Origin: Amphiscolops sp. MND2022
Lineage: Eukaryota
DNA length: 64,000 nt
Direction of reading: 5' to 3'
Assembly: GCA_964187785.1 (NCBI GenBank)
Contig: OZ076413.1
Span: 25,792,001 to 25,856,000, forward strand
Shown: piece after piece, positions 59,279-64,000 of the stretch
Numbering within the stretch: the stretch's first letter is position 1
Layout of the letters: each line of letters begins with the position of its first letter
Made by a program: the position numbers and the translations under genes
The notes under the pieces: generated by a model
The model's database searches: none
What the model saw: only the letters and a program-made list of their open reading frames with translations
Told to the model about the DNA's origin: nothing

Positions 59279-62200
59279 TCGGTTCTTTTACATGAGCATA
59301 GAGGACTGGCTGTTAGGCTTCTGTTGTAAGCAAAATTTTTCAGTGAGGGGTTGATGTCCAGGAATACTTCTATGACATGCCTCATGAGCTCTTTGGTTGT
59401 GGATATTTTGGTCAAAACGGGGTCGTTTTCTACTCGAGGGACAAGATGTTTGAGATTTGTATCGAAGTCCGGATATGCCATCTATAATTCCATTGCCTAA
59501 GAATGTGATTTCTACTCGTTTCTTCATCGTAGCTTAGCTTGTCGCGTAGGTTTATTGTCTTTCTGCCGTGAAATTGTCTCAACGTATTTCTATGGCCCAT
59601 AAGAAACGCTAAGTCTGATTCATTTTCTATTATTTGATTTGTCATATGATCATTACTTTGTAGAACTTTAGTTAAAAATTTCGATGATATGTTTTGGCAC
59701 AGTATGTCTATGGGTGGAATACCCAAAAGAACTTCAGCTGCTGCCGAGTTTGCATTGTATCTGGTTTCTATTATGCTGCGGGTAATCGTATGTTAAAATT
59801 TAGTTAATTTAGTAATGTTTTGACTCGCCCATACAGGTGTGCAGTATAGTAAGGCCGGTAGGATCAATGTTTTGTACATAACTGTAAGGGTGTGTCTCGA
59901 TAGACCCCATTTGCCTGAGCAATGATATCTCAGTTCTCTCCACCTGTTCAGGCAACGTGCTGTTGTTGAATCTGTGTGTTGTTTAAATGAACATTCGTTG
60001 TCTACGATCAAGCCGAGAGTTTTCGTTTGGTATTTGACTTCGCATTTCTCTGTTCCCAGATGAAACTTGTGGTCCCAGATATCCAGTGGGTGAATGGGCA
60101 TTATCTCGCTTTTCAATCCGTTTATTTGAATTCGCCATGTGCTGCACCATGTTTTCACCGAATTCAAGTTTTTCTGAATTTTTTTGCAGAGGGAGGCTTG
60201 TGTTTCTGCAGACACAAGGATCTGAGAAACGTCCGCATATTTGAATTTAGTCCCATCAGTATTCTTCAACATTTCTGCGATGAAAAATATGAAAAGCAAT
60301 GGTGAGAGTACGCTCCCTTGCGGAGCTCCCTGTTTTGTCCTAATGGGCGAGCTCAACACTCCATCCAGTTTTGTTCGTATCAATCGGCATTCGAGAAAAT
60401 TCCGAAAGAGAATAAAGAGTGAATCTCGTATTCCTGCTGTCCATAGCTTCAGCAGCAGGCCATTGTGCCAAAAGCTATCGAAAGCCTTCTCTAAGTCTAG
60501 ATTTATGAGAGCTGCACATAATTTGCTCTTCTTTAGGAGGTCGCATTTAGTTTTTCAGAGAGCATGTAGCGCATTAGACGTCAGTAGAGTATTCTTTCGA
60601 AGACTTTTCCTATATGGCTGCTGATTGAAATTGGCCTGTAGACGGATGGGTTGCTGTAGTCAGCTTTCATGGGTTTCTTAATGAATAAAACGCGAGTGTC
60701 TGTCCAAGGCCAGGCTCCAGATCTGAGGCAAGAGTTGAAGAGGTTGATTAGTCAGGTTCTGAATTTATTTCCAGATATGATGACCATCTTCGGCTGGATC
60801 TTGTCATCGTCGCTGTTACATTTCAGGTTTCGTAGTTTTTCAATGATCTCGTCTAGTTCATGTCTTTCAACAGCTTCATTGAACCATAAGCTGGAGTACG
60901 CATTACTGTCTGTAAATTCTAAAAAATCAAAATATCGCATTTGATCATCCACAAGGTTTTCAAACTCTCCGTCAAATTCTTCTTCTTTCAGATGGCTACC
61001 GCTAAAAAACGTGTTGAGCAGTAATTTTGCTTTATCTGGCTCATTGAAACACAGTCCGGATTGTGATCTCAAAGGGGCTACCATGTGGTCTTTTTTGTTG
61101 GGGAATACCTTCTGACTGTTTCGTCAAAATGAAGTACCATGTTTTGCATTGTTTATTTCTTTGAGTTTGGAAGAAGTCCAGTTAGATGCCGCTGTTCTGA
61201 GTTCTTGTTTGAATCGAAGTCTAGCTGATGTTAATGCGGCATGCTTTTGCAGTGTCGAAGTTCTTTTGAAGGTCTTGTTGAGTGCTCTGACCTCGTTGCT
61301 AAGCTGTGTCAGGACATCTGTCCAAAATGGCTTGCTGTGCTTACTGATGACTTTCGTATTGAGACATAACTGATTCACTTCTTCAAGAATGAATCTCATT
61401 TTCCGCCAAGCGACGTTCGGGTCTTTGTACAACAGGTTGTTTGGGTCCGTAAAGCTGTTCATTTTCTCTTCCAATATACTCTGCCAATTTTGCCAGTTAG
61501 TATTTTCGGGATCAAATTTGGTGACTTTTCCGTCCTGTGATGAGTGGTTCCCAATTAGCAAACACTGGGACATGTCCCCTGTTCGGATAGCCAGTGAGAA
61601 GTTCTGTGTCGAGATCCGTGTACATTGTTGTTTTCCATCCGCAAAGCTCTTCCGTTGTCATGAATAGATCGATTACTGAACTTCCGTTGGTTGAGTAAAA
61701 CTTTGGTTGCCCATCATTCAGGATTTCAACACTCTCCTCCTCGATGTACTGTTCCAGAAGTGAGCCACTGGAGTTGTTTCGGATGTCTTCCCACAGTAGG
61801 TTCCTGGCGTTTAGATCTCCAGCAAAAAGAACCCCTTTCATGTTAATCAATTTTGCCAAGGATCTCGCTTTGTCAAGAGTGCTGAGGAATTCTTTCATTT
61901 TGGCGTCTGCGATGGGAGGGATGTAAGCAGTTGCGAGCAGAAAAGACAGGTTGTGAAAATTTACTGCGCACCAGACGGAGTCGAAATTCTTACTCTGGAG
62001 ATCGTGTATCTCAAAGCAGCTTGTTTCTTTTGGTAGTGAGAGGGAGACTCCTCCTTGGTTGTGTGTTTGTTGTTGTGAGAAAGTTCGATGGTTAATGAAA
62101 AAATTTTCAGGTAATTCCTTTTTTGTTTCATTCAGTGCAATGAAATCTGCCCCGGCGTCGTCTATGTATTTGTTTAGAAGTAATTGTTTGGCAAATGACA

Positions 62201-64000
62201 TGCCGGTTACGTTAAGCAGCAGGATGTTAGCGTATTTTTTGTTAGCCATTCCACTTGAGCGAGTGTAATTTATCTTGAAGGTAGTTTGGTATCGGAATGT
62301 TTTTTTGATTGTACACTTTCGATGCATGATTCAGATATGCTTCACAGTTGGGGTCATTAGCATAGTGATTTGATTGACAATTCGCACATTTTCTATCTTT
62401 CGTTTTGTCGCACTCACTTGTGCTGTGTGGTCCAGAACAGTTAGAGCATTTTGAGGGGCTTCTGCAAGTTTTAGCTATGTGTCCAAAATTCTGGCAGATA
62501 TAACAACGGACAATTGGGATTTTCACTTCTTCTTCAAATTCATATGCACGAAAGAACTGATCATTTAGAAACAAACCGTCTCTAACTGCGGCTTCCATGT
62601 CTTTATGGCACCTGAAGTCTATTTTCACTGTGTTCAGAATGGTGCTGTCTCTCCTAATGAATCTTCTAGCTTTTGCTTACAGGAAAGTTTGCTTGTAGTG
62701 AAGAAGATATGTTTGTGTCTGTAAAATTGTCTTCTTTCGGGACATCTTTTATTATGACTGAGAAGTTTTTCTGAAGCGTTCTTGGCCTGCGACAGACCGA
62801 GTCCTTACCCAAGAAGTTTGACCGCCATGCATCTTCAATCTCTTTGGATTCATCGTGTGTTTCAAATTCCAGGTGGATATGCCCTCTGGTGGTTCTGAAG
62901 GCATATAGTAGTTTCTTTTTGGGGAAGGCTTTGGAGAAGCTTCTTTTTATATCAGAGCTGTTTCTGAAGGTAGGATCTGCATTCTCGATAATGAGAACTC
63001 CGTTGACATCTCTGGGTTTGGTTGTTATGGTGCACGTTTCTGTTTGTATTGCTGCTCTTTTATTTTTGGCTGTGGCATACGTTGACGTCATTTTCTCAAC
63101 AGCGTCTTTGACAGAGCTAATTTTGGGTGCAAGTCCGTGTGCAACTTTGTTTGTTGCTGGTAATAATGCAGACAGGTCATTGGAAAGTTTCGTGATACTC
63201 TCCGTTGAAACAGTTGTAACGTTTGTTGCGTTGTCAACTTTGGTTATTGTTGCCGAGAGACTTTTTTGGTGTTGTCGGTTTGACTCGATGAGTGTATCCA
63301 GTTTTGGTCCATTGCTTCCAGTCCTTTAGGGCGTAGAAATTTTCTAACGGAGTGCAGGCAATCATTACAGTACCATTGAATCGATTTGTAACCATCTATC
63401 GCTTTAATAGTTTCTTCAGCGAGTTCGGTGCATTTCTGATGAAACCAGCGTACGCAAGAAGCACATTCGACGGCACTTGTTCCAGATAGTACTGCATTGT
63501 TACAAGTTCCGCAGTCGTCCGGGTTTTGATCTGCTGCTGATACTGTGCGGTCTTTTTTGTTTTTGGGTGGCATCTTACCTAAGTGCACGACAAATACTCC
63601 AAGGTAACTAAAACTCAAAAGCTGTCGCCGTACTCTTAAGTAAGAATTAAGGAAAAAGTTCTAACTTTTCAATTAGGCTTTCTTCTTTTTTCTGGGTTTT
63701 CTGTAGAACTAGGCTGTAGAGATCTGTGGATTTCTTGAGGATAGTGGTGATAAAGTTGCGCTCCAATTCGGGCCAGGGGTGAACATTTTGTATTTTAGAG
63801 GTGATTTTTGGTGTTTTCTGCTTGCGCTTGGACAGAAATTGTTTCTTGACGTCGATGATAAGGATGTTTAGCGTTCGCAGTTCTTCGAGAATGTTGGGAG
63901 TGCTGAATCTCTGGCAGTAGATGATAGCAGCAAATTTATGGAAATGTTTTTTCAGGATCTGCAAAAGCTGTTCAACGGTGAGGGTTTTATTTCCGTTTGA
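59020..64000 (-). mobile_element. Inverted copy A' of LINE A, with complete 3' end; 5' end runs off the window
   Basis: ORF0 tail 63647..>64000, PHD ORF1 63244..63618, knuckles 62242..62628, APE 61512..62327, RT 59793..60383, C-terminal CSC...HFLFSC, then a short 3' UTR with a TA-rich tail at about 59020-59040. Confidence 0.92.

Noticed and set aside
1-64000. tRNA, rRNA, snRNA genes, intact DNA transposases, prokaryotic genes
   Set aside because: None recognisable by eye; a tRNAscan/Infernal run would be needed to exclude small RNAs formally.

Overview
AT-rich eukaryotic (probably animal) genomic DNA made almost entirely of nested, decayed transposable elements, with a 200-N assembly gap at 43027-43226. 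It holds about ten non-LTR retrotransposon copies or fragments (PHD/zinc-knuckle ORF1, APE endonuclease, RT), a CRE-type RLE retrotransposon, a Penelope-like RT fragment, hAT-like and Mutator-like MITEs with target-site duplications, and a possible LTR/gag remnant. An 11.8-kb direct duplication (20109-31955 vs 43227-55118), a 4.5-kb inverted duplication (38470-43026 vs 59448-64000) and a roughly 1.5-kb repeat at 2-kb offset account for most of the second half. The only likely host coding sequence is two phase-compatible exons at 786-854 and 1150-1436. Best leads: (1) a 26-31 nt AG-terminated leader, approximately GCCTAATTGTTGTGATAAAC(T/C)TATTAAATAG, sits at the 5' end of four independent LINE insertions (a fifth is weaker) from two families with unrelated 5' regions, which suggests LINE RNAs are spliced-leader trans-spliced before retrotransposition; (2) a Penelope-like RT carries a PHD finger between motif B' and YVDD; (3) one LINE family has a stand-alone SGNH-esterase-like ORF upstream of ORF1. 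Everything was read by eye; no searches or alignments were run.
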